From NCBI GenBank assembly GCA_036257835.1, contig DATAEU010000058.1, positions 1 through 58,115 on the forward strand: 58,115 nt of DNA, written 5' to 3'. The stretch is from Actinomycetota bacterium (GTDB lineage: Bacteria > Actinomycetota > UBA4738 > HRBIN12). Positions 48,466 through 58,053 of the stretch are shown here, piece by piece. Under the pieces are notes generated by a model. The model was given only the letters and a program-made list of their open reading frames with translations, was not told the DNA's origin and did no database searches. Position 1 is the stretch's first letter. Every line of letters starts with the position of its first letter. Position numbers and translations under genes: made by a program.

Positions 48466-50112
48466 CTACGCGCTCTTGATCCGCCCGGCCTCGGCCAGGA
48501 GCTCGGCGGCGTGGGCCGCCGCCGCGTCGCTGCCCGCGAGCCCGGCCAACATCCGTGACAGCTCGGCGACGCGGCCCTCACCGTCGACCTCGCGCGCGGT
48601 CGCCGTTCCGCGGGTCTTCTCGACCACGATGTGCCGGTCGGCGAACGAGGCGATCTGCGGCAGGTGCGTGACGACGAGCACCTGCCTTCCGCGCGCGAGC
48701 GCGGCGAGTCGGCGGCCGACCGCCGCGGCGGCCGCGCCGCCGATCCCGGCGTCGACCTCGTCGAACACCAGGGTCGGCACGTCGTCGCCGTCGATCACGA
48801 TCGTCCGGCACGCGAGCATCGTGCGCGAGAGCTCGCCCCCCGAGGCGACCTTCGCGAGCGGCAGCCGCCGCTGCCGAGGGCCACCCGAGAACACGAACTC
48901 CGCCCGCTCCGTTCCCTTGGCCACTGGCTCGATCGGAGCCAGCGAGACGGCCACGGTGGCGCCGCTCATGCCGAGGTCCTGCAGCTCGGTCTCGACGGCG
49001 GCGGCCAGACGGGGGGCCGCCTCGGCCCGGCCGGCTCCGATCGTGGCCGCCCGCTCGGCGGCCTCGGACCCGAGCGCGGCCACCTCGCGCTCGAGCTCGG
49101 CGCGGCGTGCCCCGGCCGTTCCGATCGTGGCCGCGCGTTCGCGCGCGTGCTCGAGGAAGGCGAGGACCGCGCCCTCCGAGTCGCCGTACTTTCGAAGGAG
49201 CCCGCGGACGGCCGCGATCCGCGCGCTCGCCTCGTCCAGGCGCACGGGATCGGCATCGAGCGCCTCGAGACGGTCTCGAACGTCCCGGGCGAGCTCGGTC
49301 GCGTCTTCGCGCACGGTCCGCGCCCGCTCGGCGAGCGCCGAGACCGACGCGTCGAACACCGCGACGTCCTCGAGGGCGGCGGCGGCGCCGGCGAGGGCGT
49401 CGCCGGCGCCGCCGTCCGACGACAGGGCGCGCTCTGCCTCGGCCGTCCGCTCGAGCAGCCGTTCGACGTTCGCGAGCCTCTCGACCTCGGCCTCGAGCTC
49501 GGCGATCTCGCCGGGGCGCGGGGCGACCGATTCGATCTCACCGATCTGAAACGCGAGCACGTCCGCCTCGCGCTCGCGGTCCCGGTCCGACCGGACGAGG
49601 TCCTCGAGCTCGGCCCGCGCCGCGAGGAGGCGCGCGTGCACGGCCGCATACGTCTCGAGCCGTTCGAGATGCTCGGCGCCGGCGAACCGGTCAAGGAAGG
49701 CGGTCTGCGCCGCCGCCGACCGCAGCATCGTCGACTCGTGCTGGCCGTGCACCTCGACGAGGTCGGCGGCGAGCCGTTCAAGCACGGAGACCGGCGCGAT
49801 CTGCCCCCCGACGCGCGCGCTGCTCCGCCCGTCGGCGTCGACGGCGCGCGCAAGGACCAGCCCTGCCTCGTCGGCCCACCCCTCGTCGAGCGCGACGGGC
49901 GTCGGGTCGAACCGCACCTGCACGCGTGCCGTCCGCGCGCCGTCGCGCACCAGCGCGCTCGAAGCGCGACGCCCGAGCGCGAGTGCGAGGGCCACCGTGA
50001 TCATCGTCTTGCCGGCGCCGGTCTCGCCGGTCAGCACGTTCAGACCAGGATGGAACGCCAGGTCGACATCCTCGATCACTCCGAGGTCCGTCACGTGGAG
50101 CTCGTGGAGCAT
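48466..50112 (-). CDS. recN: DNA repair protein RecN
   Basis: 548 aa. NVLTGETGAGKT, long coiled coil, signature SGGELSR, Walker B LVFDEVDAGIGG. Confidence 0.95.
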   Translation of the reverse strand: MLHELHVTDLGVIEDVDLAFHPGLNVLTGETGAGKTMITVALALALGRRASSALVRDGARTARVQVRFDPTPVALDEGWADEAGLVLARAVDADGRSSARVGGQIAPVSVLERLAADLVEVHGQHESTMLRSAAAQTAFLDRFAGAEHLERLETYAAVHARLLAARAELEDLVRSDRDREREADVLAFQIGEIESVAPRPGEIAELEAEVERLANVERLLERTAEAERALSSDGGAGDALAGAAAALEDVAVFDASVSALAERARTVREDATELARDVRDRLEALDADPVRLDEASARIAAVRGLLRKYGDSEGAVLAFLEHARERAATIGTAGARRAELEREVAALGSEAAERAATIGAGRAEAAPRLAAAVETELQDLGMSGATVAVSLAPIEPVAKGTERAEFVFSGGPRQRRLPLAKVASGGELSRTMLACRTIVIDGDDVPTLVFDEVDAGIGGAAAAAVGRRLAALARGRQVLVVTHLPQIASFADRHIVVEKTRGTATAREVDGEGRVAELSRMLAGLAGSDAAAAHAAELLAEAGRIKSA

Positions 50113-50115
50113 CGG

Positions 50116-50967
50116 CTAGGGCGTCCCGCCGTCGCCGCCGGGCAGGCCGAACTTCGCGCGCACCAGCTCGTGGAAGGGCGGCGCGTGGTCGGGGCGGATC
50201 AAACGCGCGCCGTGCGAGGCTGCCCCGATCCGCACGCGGGCGCCCACGGGCAGCTCGAGGCTCTCGCGCCCATCGGCCGAGATCAGGCCGGCCTCCTCGC
50301 CGACCACCTCGAGCGTGACGCGCTGGGTGGCGCCGAGCACCAGCGACCGGTCGAACACCATGTGCGCCGCAACCGGGGTGACGATGAGGCACGGCACCGT
50401 CGGCGTCACGATGGGTCCGCCGGCCGAGAACGAGTACGCCGTCGACCCGGTCGGCGTCGCGACGATGACGGCGTCGGCGGAGAAGGTCGTGACGTAGACG
50501 TCGTCCACGAACACGGCGAGCCGGACGATGCGATGGCGCGCGCGCTTCTCGACCATGACCTCGTTGAGTGCCCACTGCGGTTCGAACGATGCCGCAACCG
50601 GCTCCGCGACGACGGCGAGCCGGTCCTCGATCGTGGCCGTCCCGTCGAGGACGCACGCGAGGACCGCCTCGGCGCCCTCGGGCTCGACCTCGGTGAGGAA
50701 GCCGACGCGGCCGACCTTCACGCCGAGGATCGGAACGTCGCCGAGCCACGCGACGCGCGCCGCGCGCAGGAACGTGCCGTCGCCGCCGACCGATACGACG
50801 AGCTCGAGCGCGTCGATGAACGCGCCCACCGCCTCGTCGTCGTCGCTCCGTGTGTCGTCGAACCAGCGCGCCTCGACGGCGTGGTCGGCGAACCATGCGC
50901 TCAACCGGTCCGCTGCAAGAGCCGCCGCCCGCCGTCCCGGATGCACGACGAACCCCGCCATCTTCAT
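50116..50967 (-). CDS. nadK: NAD kinase
   Basis: Start at MKMAGFVVHPG (ATGA overlap with the tlyA stop). GGDGTFL, NEVMVEK, ATPTGSTAYS. Confidence 0.9.
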   Translation of the reverse strand: MKMAGFVVHPGRRAAALAADRLSAWFADHAVEARWFDDTRSDDDEAVGAFIDALELVVSVGGDGTFLRAARVAWLGDVPILGVKVGRVGFLTEVEPEGAEAVLACVLDGTATIEDRLAVVAEPVAASFEPQWALNEVMVEKRARHRIVRLAVFVDDVYVTTFSADAVIVATPTGSTAYSFSAGGPIVTPTVPCLIVTPVAAHMVFDRSLVLGATQRVTLEVVGEEAGLISADGRESLELPVGARVRIGAASHGARLIRPDHAPPFHELVRAKFGLPGGDGGTP

Positions 50968-51773
50968 CGGACGCCTCCGACCGCGCGGGCTTCCTCGAGC
51001 GCCTCGGCGATCGCGTGAGCCGGCATCGGCCCCGCGTCGCCGCCGCGCGCCCACAGCGGGAACTCGACGTTCCCGGCGGGGCCGGGAAGCGGCGACGCCA
51101 TGACGCCGAGCGGCGCGAGGCCCGCCCTTCGCGCGGCCGCGGCGACCTCCTCGATCGTCCGCCGCCATACGGCCGCGTCACGCACGACGCCGCCCTTGCC
51201 GACGTCGGCCGGCCCGGCCTCGAACTGCGGCTTCACGAGGAGCACGTGATCCGCGCGATCGCCGGCGATCCCCGCGAGCACGTCGACGACGAGCCGGAGC
51301 GAGATGAACGACAGGTCGGCCACGACGATCGACGGCACGAACGGGAGGTGCTCGCGCGTCAGCTCGCGCACGTTGGTGCGTTCGAGGACGGTCACGCGCG
51401 AGTCCCGGCGGAGCGGCCATGCGAGCTGCCCGTAGCCGACGTCGACGGCCGCAACCCGCGCGGCTCCTCTGTGGAGCAGGACGTCGGTGAACCCGCCGGT
51501 GGACGCGCCGGCGTCGAGCGCGTCTCGCCCCTCGACCGACAGCCCGAAGCGATCGAGCGCGGCTTCGAGCTTCTCTCCCCCGCGCGAGACGAACCGCCGT
51601 GCCTCGCCACGCACGTCGAGCGCCTCGTCGTCCGCGACCATGGTCGAAGCCTTCGACGCCGGACGCCCCGCGACGCTCACGAGCCCACGGTCGATGGCCG
51701 TCTGCGCCTCGGCGCGAGAGCCGGCCAGACCGCGGCGAACCATCTCTGCGTCCAGGCGGCGCCGCGTGGCCAC
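50964..51773 (-). CDS. tlyA: TlyA-family 16S/23S rRNA (cytidine-2'-O)-methyltransferase
   Basis: S4 domain (RLDAEMVRRGLAGSRAEAQ…) plus FtsJ fold (DAGASTGGFTDVLL, DLSFISL). Confidence 0.9.
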   Translation of the reverse strand: MATRRRLDAEMVRRGLAGSRAEAQTAIDRGLVSVAGRPASKASTMVADDEALDVRGEARRFVSRGGEKLEAALDRFGLSVEGRDALDAGASTGGFTDVLLHRGAARVAAVDVGYGQLAWPLRRDSRVTVLERTNVRELTREHLPFVPSIVVADLSFISLRLVVDVLAGIAGDRADHVLLVKPQFEAGPADVGKGGVVRDAAVWRRTIEEVAAAARRAGLAPLGVMASPLPGPAGNVEFPLWARGGDAGPMPAHAIAEALEEARAVGGVR

Positions 51774-51781
51774 GACGCCGG

Positions 51782-52249
51782 TCAGGAACCTTCCTCGCCC
51801 GCCGCCCGGGCCGAGCGCCTCGCCGCGGAGGCGGCGGTGCTCTTGGCCGCCGGCGCGCCCCGCGTCTTCGCGACGGTCTTCGCGGCCGTCTTCGTCGGTC
51901 GTCGGGCGCTCGTCTTCGAGGAACTCTTCACCGCGCTCTTGCCGGTGTTCTTCGCGGCCGACCGGCCTCCGCGCTCGAGCTCACGCACGCGGGCCTTGAG
52001 CGCGTCGACCTCCCCTTTGGAGGCGACGCCGATCGTCTTGAGCTGTCGGGCGACCTCGCGGCGGACCATCTCGCTCATCCGCTCGCGCGTCTGGTTGGAC
52101 CAATCCATCAGGTCCTGCGCGAGCCGCTGCACCTGCTCGCGACCCTTCGACTGCCCCTCGAGCAGCGACCTCGCCATCGCCTGCGCCTTGGCCGGCGTCA
52201 GCTTCTCGACGGCGGCCTCCATGTACCTCCGCACCTCGGTCATGACCAT
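51782..52249 (-). CDS. phasin-like coiled-coil protein with Lys/Ala-rich basic tail
   Basis: 155 aa. The N-terminal about 95 aa resemble PHA-granule regulator/phasin-type helices. The C-terminal about 55 aa are AKxxAKT-type low complexity. Confidence 0.5.
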   Translation of the reverse strand: MVMTEVRRYMEAAVEKLTPAKAQAMARSLLEGQSKGREQVQRLAQDLMDWSNQTRERMSEMVRREVARQLKTIGVASKGEVDALKARVRELERGGRSAAKNTGKSAVKSSSKTSARRPTKTAAKTVAKTRGAPAAKSTAASAARRSARAAGEEGS

Positions 52250-52363
52250 CTCGAACTGCCTCCTCGCGGAGCTCGGCCAGCGCCTCTGAGGATACTCCGG
52301 GCACGAACGGCGGCCGGCGAGGTGGTGCTAGCCTCGCCGCGTGCCGTCCTCGCGAGGCGAGCG

Positions 52364-53182
52364 TTGATCCCGATCCGGGACCTGAACCCCACGCGGCGCT
52401 TCGCCTGGGTAACCCTTGCGATCATCGTCGCGAACGTCGCGATCTTCCTGCTGTGGCAACCGACACTCGGCGGGACGGATCTTCAGCAACAGACCTTCTA
52501 CTTCTGCCAGGCCGAGATCCCGTGGGAGATCACGCACGAGGAGAACCTCGCGGAGGGCGGCGCGGCCGCCCGCCGGGCGATCGACGCGACGTACAAGCCG
52601 GGCGTCGGAGCACAGCTTCAGGCGTACCTCCAACGGAAGTGCCCGAACAAGAGCTGGTGGGAGTCGATCTTCGTGTCGATGTTCCTGCACGGCGGCTGGT
52701 TGCACATCGGGGGCAACATGCTGTTCCTCTGGATCTTCGGCAACAACGTCGAGGACCGGCTGGGACGCATCACGTTCGTCGTCTTCTACCTCCTCGGCGG
52801 GTTGGCGGCGACGGGGCTGCAGCTCGCGTTCGACCCCAACTCCACCGTGCCGAACCTGGGAGCCTCGGGCGCCATCGCGGCGATCCTCGGCGCGTACGCG
52901 GTGATGTTCCCGAGAGCGCGCGTCTACACCGTGGTCATCTTCTTCTTCATCACCGCGGTCGAGCTGCCCGCGCTCGTCGTCCTCGGCGGGTGGTTCGTGT
53001 TGCAGCTCTTCAGCGGCGTCGGCAGTGTGGCCTCGCACGTCAACGGCGGCGTCGCCTACTGGGCGCACGTCGGCGGGTTCGGGTTCGGGATGGCGGCGAC
53101 GTGGCTCTTCTTCCGACGCCGGGGTCAGTCGGCGCGGCCGTACCCGGCGCCGTACGTCCCGCCGCGTCCGGACGACTACTGA
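52364..53182 (+). CDS. rhomboid-family intramembrane serine protease
   Basis: TTG 52364 gives (M)IPIRDLNPTRRF… FLHGGWLHIGGNMLFLWIFG, catalytic GASGAIAAILGAY and AHVGGFGFG. GTG 52322/52325 are alternative starts. Confidence 0.85.
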   Translation: MIPIRDLNPTRRFAWVTLAIIVANVAIFLLWQPTLGGTDLQQQTFYFCQAEIPWEITHEENLAEGGAAARRAIDATYKPGVGAQLQAYLQRKCPNKSWWESIFVSMFLHGGWLHIGGNMLFLWIFGNNVEDRLGRITFVVFYLLGGLAATGLQLAFDPNSTVPNLGASGAIAAILGAYAVMFPRARVYTVVIFFFITAVELPALVVLGGWFVLQLFSGVGSVASHVNGGVAYWAHVGGFGFGMAATWLFFRRRGQSARPYPAPYVPPRPDDY

Positions 53183-53991
53183 GACGCCGACTCCGCGCCC
53201 GCGACCAGCGGCTCGGGGTCGACGAAGAGCGCGCGCAGGTCGTCGCCGAGGTACGTCGGTCGAACCCGTGCGTCGCGCGCCTGCTCGCGCGTCGAGATCC
53301 CCGTGAGGACGAGCAGGGACGGCAGGCCGACGGCATGGGCACCCTCGATATCCGTGTCGAGACGATCACCGACGACCAGCGGGTGCCCTCCACCCGCCCG
53401 GCGGCAGGCCGCCTCGAACAACGGTGGATCCGGCTTGCCGACCACGAGGGGCTCGGCGCCCGTCGCCGCGACCACCGCGGCGAGCAGCGAGCCGGCGCCC
53501 GGCCAGAGCCCATCGGGTGCGGGATACGTGGGATCGGCGTTGGTCGCGACCAGCAGCGCACCGCGTTGGATCAGAAGCGCCGCCGTCCGGAGCTTGTCGT
53601 ACGTGATCCCGCGGTCCCAGCCCACCACGACGCACTCGCCCTGGGTGGCGTCGACGTCGAGCACCTTGATGCCGGCACGTGCCAGCGCTTCGAGCAGGCC
53701 GTCCTCCCCGATCACGAACGCCTCCGAGATCCGCCGTTCGCGCAGGACCTCGGCCGCGACGAGCGCCGAGGTGACGACCTCGTCCGGCTCGGCGTGGACG
53801 CCGACACCCTCGAGCCTCTCGACGACCTGGGCCGGCGTGCGGGACGAGTTGTTCGTCATGAAGACGACCGCGCGGCCGCGTCGCCGGAGCTCGCCGACCG
53901 CCTCCGCCGCGTGCTCGACGGGGCTGTCGGCCCGGTAGAGCACCCCGTCCAAGTCGAACAGGAAGGCGTCGTACCGGCCCGCGAGCGCCAT
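53176..53991 (-). CDS. HAD-superfamily phosphatase (NagD/Rv1692-like)
   Basis: Start at MALAGRYDAFLFDLDGVLY (DxDxV). MTNNSS, GKP, VGDRLDTDI. The 3' end overlaps the rhomboid 3' end by 7 nt. Confidence 0.85.
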   Translation of the reverse strand: MALAGRYDAFLFDLDGVLYRADSPVEHAAEAVGELRRRGRAVVFMTNNSSRTPAQVVERLEGVGVHAEPDEVVTSALVAAEVLRERRISEAFVIGEDGLLEALARAGIKVLDVDATQGECVVVGWDRGITYDKLRTAALLIQRGALLVATNADPTYPAPDGLWPGAGSLLAAVVAATGAEPLVVGKPDPPLFEAACRRAGGGHPLVVGDRLDTDIEGAHAVGLPSLLVLTGISTREQARDARVRPTYLGDDLRALFVDPEPLVAGAESASQ

Positions 53992-54368
53992 CAGCCGGCG
54001 AGCCGGCGCAGCGCGGTCGCGTAGTCGTCGACATCCGGGCGCATCGCGAGGGCGAGCTTGAGGTGGCCGATCGCGCGCGTCCGCTGTCCGGTCCGCTCGC
54101 ATGCCAGCGCGAGCGCGAAGTGGCCGTAGTCGTCGGACGGGTCGAGCTGGACGAGCTTCGTGAACTCGCGGCGGGCGCGGGCGATGCGGCCGCTCATGTA
54201 GAGGGCGCGGCCGAGCGCCGTGCGGATCGAGACCTTGTCCGGCTCGATCTGCTTGGCCCGCGAGAGCACCATCGCGGCCTGATGGGGATGACCGTCGGCG
54301 AGGAAGCGCATCCCGCGCGAGAACAGGTCGTACGCGTCGTCGTCGTCGAGTCGTCTGCTATAACCCAC
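53991..54368 (-). CDS. tetratricopeptide-repeat protein
   Basis: 125 aa. Three TPR-like helix pairs (A..L.RA..IEPD…, GR.ARA..EF.K.V.LDPSD…). Confidence 0.7.
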   Translation of the reverse strand: MGYSRRLDDDDAYDLFSRGMRFLADGHPHQAAMVLSRAKQIEPDKVSIRTALGRALYMSGRIARARREFTKLVQLDPSDDYGHFALALACERTGQRTRAIGHLKLALAMRPDVDDYATALRRLAG

Positions 54369-54374
54369 GGCACC

Positions 54375-55547
54375 GTGTCCCGGATCTCACCGTTCGTCGG
54401 CGTGCTGTACGACGCCGCGCGCGTGCGCTCGCTGGAGCGCGTGACCACGCCGCCCTACGACACCATCGGCCCCGCCGATCAGCGGCGATACCTCTCGGCC
54501 GATCCGCACAACGTGATCCGGATCGACTCGCCGGAAGAGCAGGATGGCGAGGCCGACGAGAAGTATAGGCGGGCCGCCTACTGGCTCCGCTCGTGGCGCG
54601 AGGAGGGTGTGCTGGTTGCGACCCCACGGCCCTCCTATTACCCGTACGAGATGCGGTTCTCCTATCACGGCGCCGAGCGCGCCATCCGGGGAATCGTGTG
54701 CCTGGTCGAGCTGGAGGAGTGGGGGGGTTCGATCCTGCCGCACGAGCAGACGATGCCTGGTCCGGTCGAGGACCGGCTCCGGCTGATGCGGGCCACACGC
54801 GCGAACCTCTCCGCGATCCAGTCGGTGTTCGCCGGGCCGGTCGACCCCGTGGTCGATCTGATCGAGACCGCGACGGCCACCGAACCCGCTGCCGCCCTCA
54901 TCGACGAGCAGGGCGTCGAGCACCGGCTCTGGATCGCGCCGGTGGAGGGCCGCGACGCAGTCGCCGAGGCGCTGCGCGACGTCCCCCTGACGATCGCGGA
55001 CGGTCACCATCGATACACGACGGCGCTGCAGTACCGCGGCGAGATGCGCGCCGAGCACGGACCCGGCCCATGGGACCACGTGATGATGCTTCTGGTGGAT
55101 GCGGTCACGCAGGACCTCCCCGTCCTGCCGTTCCACCGTGTGGTCCGCTCGGGAACGGTGCCAGTCGTTGGCCTGCGGGTCCGAGACCTCGAGGAGATCC
55201 TCAGCGAGGTCGACGACGACAAGCTTCGGTACGGCACCGCCGCGCGCGACGAGGACGGCGCACTGGAGCACCGCGTCGCCGAGCTGACGGGCGAGCCGCC
55301 GACCGTGTGCGCGCTCCACGAACAGGTCCTGACGGAGGACGACCCCCCGGGTTTGACGTTCACGCCCGATCCGGTCGAGGCGGAGATGGCCGTTCGCTCG
55401 GGCGAGGCGGTCGCGGCGTTCATCCTGCCCGCGACGAACGCACTCCGGATCCGCGACGTGGTCGGGCGCGGCGATCGGCTCCCGCAGAAGTCGACGTACT
55501 TCTATCCGAAACCGCGCACGGGGTTGGTGCTGCGGCCGTTCGATTGA
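54375..55547 (+). CDS. DUF1015-family protein
   Basis: GTG start at VSRISPFVGVLYD. TPPYDTI, ILPHEQT, IADGHHRY, KSTYFYPKP. The track ORF start at 54063 would overlap the TPR gene. Confidence 0.8.
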   Translation: MSRISPFVGVLYDAARVRSLERVTTPPYDTIGPADQRRYLSADPHNVIRIDSPEEQDGEADEKYRRAAYWLRSWREEGVLVATPRPSYYPYEMRFSYHGAERAIRGIVCLVELEEWGGSILPHEQTMPGPVEDRLRLMRATRANLSAIQSVFAGPVDPVVDLIETATATEPAAALIDEQGVEHRLWIAPVEGRDAVAEALRDVPLTIADGHHRYTTALQYRGEMRAEHGPGPWDHVMMLLVDAVTQDLPVLPFHRVVRSGTVPVVGLRVRDLEEILSEVDDDKLRYGTAARDEDGALEHRVAELTGEPPTVCALHEQVLTEDDPPGLTFTPDPVEAEMAVRSGEAVAAFILPATNALRIRDVVGRGDRLPQKSTYFYPKPRTGLVLRPFD

Positions 55548-55563
55548 CGCGACGTCGCGCCCG

Positions 55564-55881
55564 CTACTCCTCGTCCACCGGTTCGAGCTTCTTGATGCCG
55601 GTCGCGACGACCTCGGTGAGGCTCCGCGCCCCTGCGCCGCTGCGGTAGAACCGCCGCGCCAGCTGCCCCATCACGAGGACGTCGTCGCCCTTGGCGATGT
55701 CCTTGATGACCCGCTTGCCCACGGTCTTGTGCCAGGCGGCGACCGGAAGCGGGAGGAGCCGCCGGCCTGCCTCGGGAACCGACAGACGGATCTCGGTGAC
55801 GGCGTCGCCCGAGGGCATCTGACGCTCGACCGGATCCGCCGCGACGGTTCCGGCGAGCACGACGACGTTGACGGTCACCAT
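55564..55881 (-). CDS. short SSB-like OB-fold protein
   Basis: MVTVNVVVLAGTVAADPVERQMPSGDAVTEIRLSV…VAAW…GDDVLVMGQLARRFY…TEVVA follows the SSB OB-fold pattern. Only 105 aa, with no Gly-rich linker or DDIPF-type tail. Confidence 0.55.
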   Translation of the reverse strand: MVTVNVVVLAGTVAADPVERQMPSGDAVTEIRLSVPEAGRRLLPLPVAAWHKTVGKRVIKDIAKGDDVLVMGQLARRFYRSGAGARSLTEVVATGIKKLEPVDEE

Positions 55882-56012
55882 CTGCTTCGCATCACGCGGT
55901 CTTGCGCGGGCGCGCGACACGTACGACGTTGTTGCATGGAGCTTCCCCCCTTCGCGCGCGAACCTAGCATCGGCCACCGACACGCTCCCCGAACCGGCGA
56001 GCGCCGCCGGGC

Positions 56013-57032
56013 GTGGCGGGCATGCGCGCATACACTCGGCCTCGGATGGAACCGATCACGTTCGAGGTGCAGCCCGGCATCACGGCGATCGACACGTTCT
56101 ACGGCGGGCGCGAGCGCTACACCGCCGCGTACCTGCTCGCGGCGGCACGCCCGACGCTGGTCGAGACCGGCCCGACGACGTCGGTCGAGCCGGTCGTCGC
56201 CGCTCTCGAGCGCCTCGGTATCGGAGCCGACGAGCTCGCGAACATCGTCGTGACGCACATCCATCTCGATCACGCGGGGGGCGTCGGCCGGCTGCGCGAG
56301 CGCTTCCCGCGAGCAACGGTCTTCGTTCACGAGCGTGGTGCGCCGCATCTGGCCGATCCGACAAGGCTCGTCGCGAGCGCGACGCGCCTCTACGGCGAGA
56401 CACAGATGCGGTCGTTGTTCGGCCCTGTCGACCCGGTCCCGGCGAACCGCTTGCGGGCGCTGGTGGACGGCGAACGGATCGATCTCGGCGGGCGGGAGCT
56501 GCTCGTCGACCACACCCCGGGGCACGCGTCGCATCAGGTGGCGCTGACCGACTCGGCGACGGGGGCCGTCTTCACCGGTGACGCGCTCGGGGTGCACGTC
56601 CCGGACCTTCCCGTCCTGCGACCCGCCACACCGCCGCCCGACGTCGACGTCGAGGCCGGCGTCGCGAGCATCGAGCGGATCCGGGCGCGAGCGCGCTCGG
56701 TGCTGTTGTTCGCGCACTTCGGCCCGATCGCGGACGTCGACCGGATCTGCGATCTCGCGATCGCGCGGCTGCGCGGGTGGGCCGATGCCGTCCGGGACGA
56801 GCTCCGCAGGACCGAGGATCCCGAGGAGATCGCGGCGCGCTTGGCGCAGGAGGCACGCCGGGACATCGAGACGGGAGCCGAGGCAGACCTCGACCTGGAC
56901 GCCCTCGAGGACCGGCTGCGGCTCCTGTCGAGCGTGCGGATGAACGCGCTGGGACTCATCCGGTACTGGCAGAAGCGCGCCGAACGCGAGCGCGAGGAAG
57001 CAGCGAGCATGATCGACCGTCAGCCGAGCTGA
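56013..57032 (+). CDS. MBL-fold metallo-hydrolase
   Basis: VVTHIHLDHAGG (HxHxDH), TPGHASH, FAHFG. Start uncertain (GTG 56013, ATG 56022 or ATG 56046). Confidence 0.8.
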   Translation: MAGMRAYTRPRMEPITFEVQPGITAIDTFYGGRERYTAAYLLAAARPTLVETGPTTSVEPVVAALERLGIGADELANIVVTHIHLDHAGGVGRLRERFPRATVFVHERGAPHLADPTRLVASATRLYGETQMRSLFGPVDPVPANRLRALVDGERIDLGGRELLVDHTPGHASHQVALTDSATGAVFTGDALGVHVPDLPVLRPATPPPDVDVEAGVASIERIRARARSVLLFAHFGPIADVDRICDLAIARLRGWADAVRDELRRTEDPEEIAARLAQEARRDIETGAEADLDLDALEDRLRLLSSVRMNALGLIRYWQKRAEREREEAASMIDRQPS

Positions 57033-57715
57033 GCGATCCGCTCGGCCACGTCGTACGCGCCGGGGTCGTGCCGCAGGATCTTGCGGAACTGCTCGGCGGC
57101 CTCCTTCGGACGCCCCGCCTTCTCGAGGATATCGGCGATCACGTACCAGACGCGGATCACCTCCGGGCGAGCCACGTCGTCGCGCGTCCGCACGCGCCGC
57201 AGCAGGCCGAGCGCCTGGTCGAACCGGCCCATGTCCGCGAGCGCCGACGCGGCGACGATGACCGCCTCGCCCTTGGCCTCGATGGGGACGCCGCGGCCGG
57301 CGAGCGCCTCCTCGGCGAGCGGAACGGCCCGCTCGGGCCGGCCGAGACCGCGCTCGGCGTCGGCGATCAGATGGTTCTGGTCGGCGCGTCCGGAGATCCG
57401 GCGGTACGTCTGCAGCTCCGAGAGCGCCTCGCGCCACCGGCCTTGCTGATACAGCGCCATGCCGAGGACCTCGCGCACGGAGGTCGAGCGCGGCGCGAGC
57501 TGCTTGGCCTTCTGCGCTTCCGACACAGCGCCGCGCGAATCGCCGCGCTCGAGGAGCTGCACGGCACGCTCCAGACGCGCCGCGGCCTGCTGCTCCTTGC
57601 CGCTGCGAGCGACGCGGTTGAGCTCGTTGACGACGTCGCGCGGCAGCGAGCGCACCGTCTGCGCGGGTTGGCGCCGGCGCCGTTCGGAGGGCCGCGGTGA
57701 GAGTGCCTTGGGCAT
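57020..57715 (-). CDS. tetratricopeptide-repeat protein
   Basis: Start re-called at MPKALSPRPS; the upstream part of the track ORF covers the 5S rRNA. Several TPR units (A..LAPRS..VRE.LG.ALY..GRW.EA…). Confidence 0.7.
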   Translation of the reverse strand: MPKALSPRPSERRRRQPAQTVRSLPRDVVNELNRVARSGKEQQAAARLERAVQLLERGDSRGAVSEAQKAKQLAPRSTSVREVLGMALYQQGRWREALSELQTYRRISGRADQNHLIADAERGLGRPERAVPLAEEALAGRGVPIEAKGEAVIVAASALADMGRFDQALGLLRRVRTRDDVARPEVIRVWYVIADILEKAGRPKEAAEQFRKILRHDPGAYDVAERIAQLG

Positions 57716-57780
57716 GTCATCCGCAAGCGTACCCGCGAGCGCACGGCCAGCCGCCGCAACGGACCGATCAACGGGCCCGG

Positions 57781-57811
57781 AAACGAAACGAGCCGTCCCG
57801 AAGGGCGGCTC
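57781..57811 (-). terminator. rho-independent terminator of the rRNA operon
   Basis: Minus strand: GAGCCGCCC-uucg-GGACGGCUC followed by GUUUCGUUU, about 15 nt downstream of the 5S 3' end. Confidence 0.65.
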
Positions 57812-57825
57812 GTGTTCGAAGATGT

Positions 57826-57943
57826 CTCGGCGGCGACCTACTCTCCCACCCGGTCTCCCGGACAGTACCATCGGCGCTGGAGGGCTTAACTTCCGGGTTC
57901 GGGATGGGACCGGGTGTTCCCCCTCCGCCATGACCACCGAAAC
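57826..57943 (-). rRNA. rrf: 5S ribosomal RNA
   Basis: Reverse complement reads GTTTCGGTGGTCATGGCGGAGGGGGAACACCCGGTCCCATCCCGAACCCGGAAGTTAAGCCCTCCAGCGCCGATGGTACTG…GGGAGAGTAGGTCGCCGCCGA, the canonical bacterial 5S. Ends are +/- a few nt. Confidence 0.9.
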
Positions 57944-58053
57944 GGTCGGAGATCGGTGGCCCCGTTTCTTGGGGACCGATCACACCTGTTCCAGACAACG
58001 ATCTGGAGGTGCGGTCTCCGAGCAGAGCTCGGGAACCGATAGCGAGCGCGAGC

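Noticed and set aside
57716-57937. Upstream 74 codons of the 305-aa TPR ORF
   Set aside because: This part of the ORF is the reverse complement of the 5S rRNA and its terminator, so the CDS start was moved to ATG 57715.
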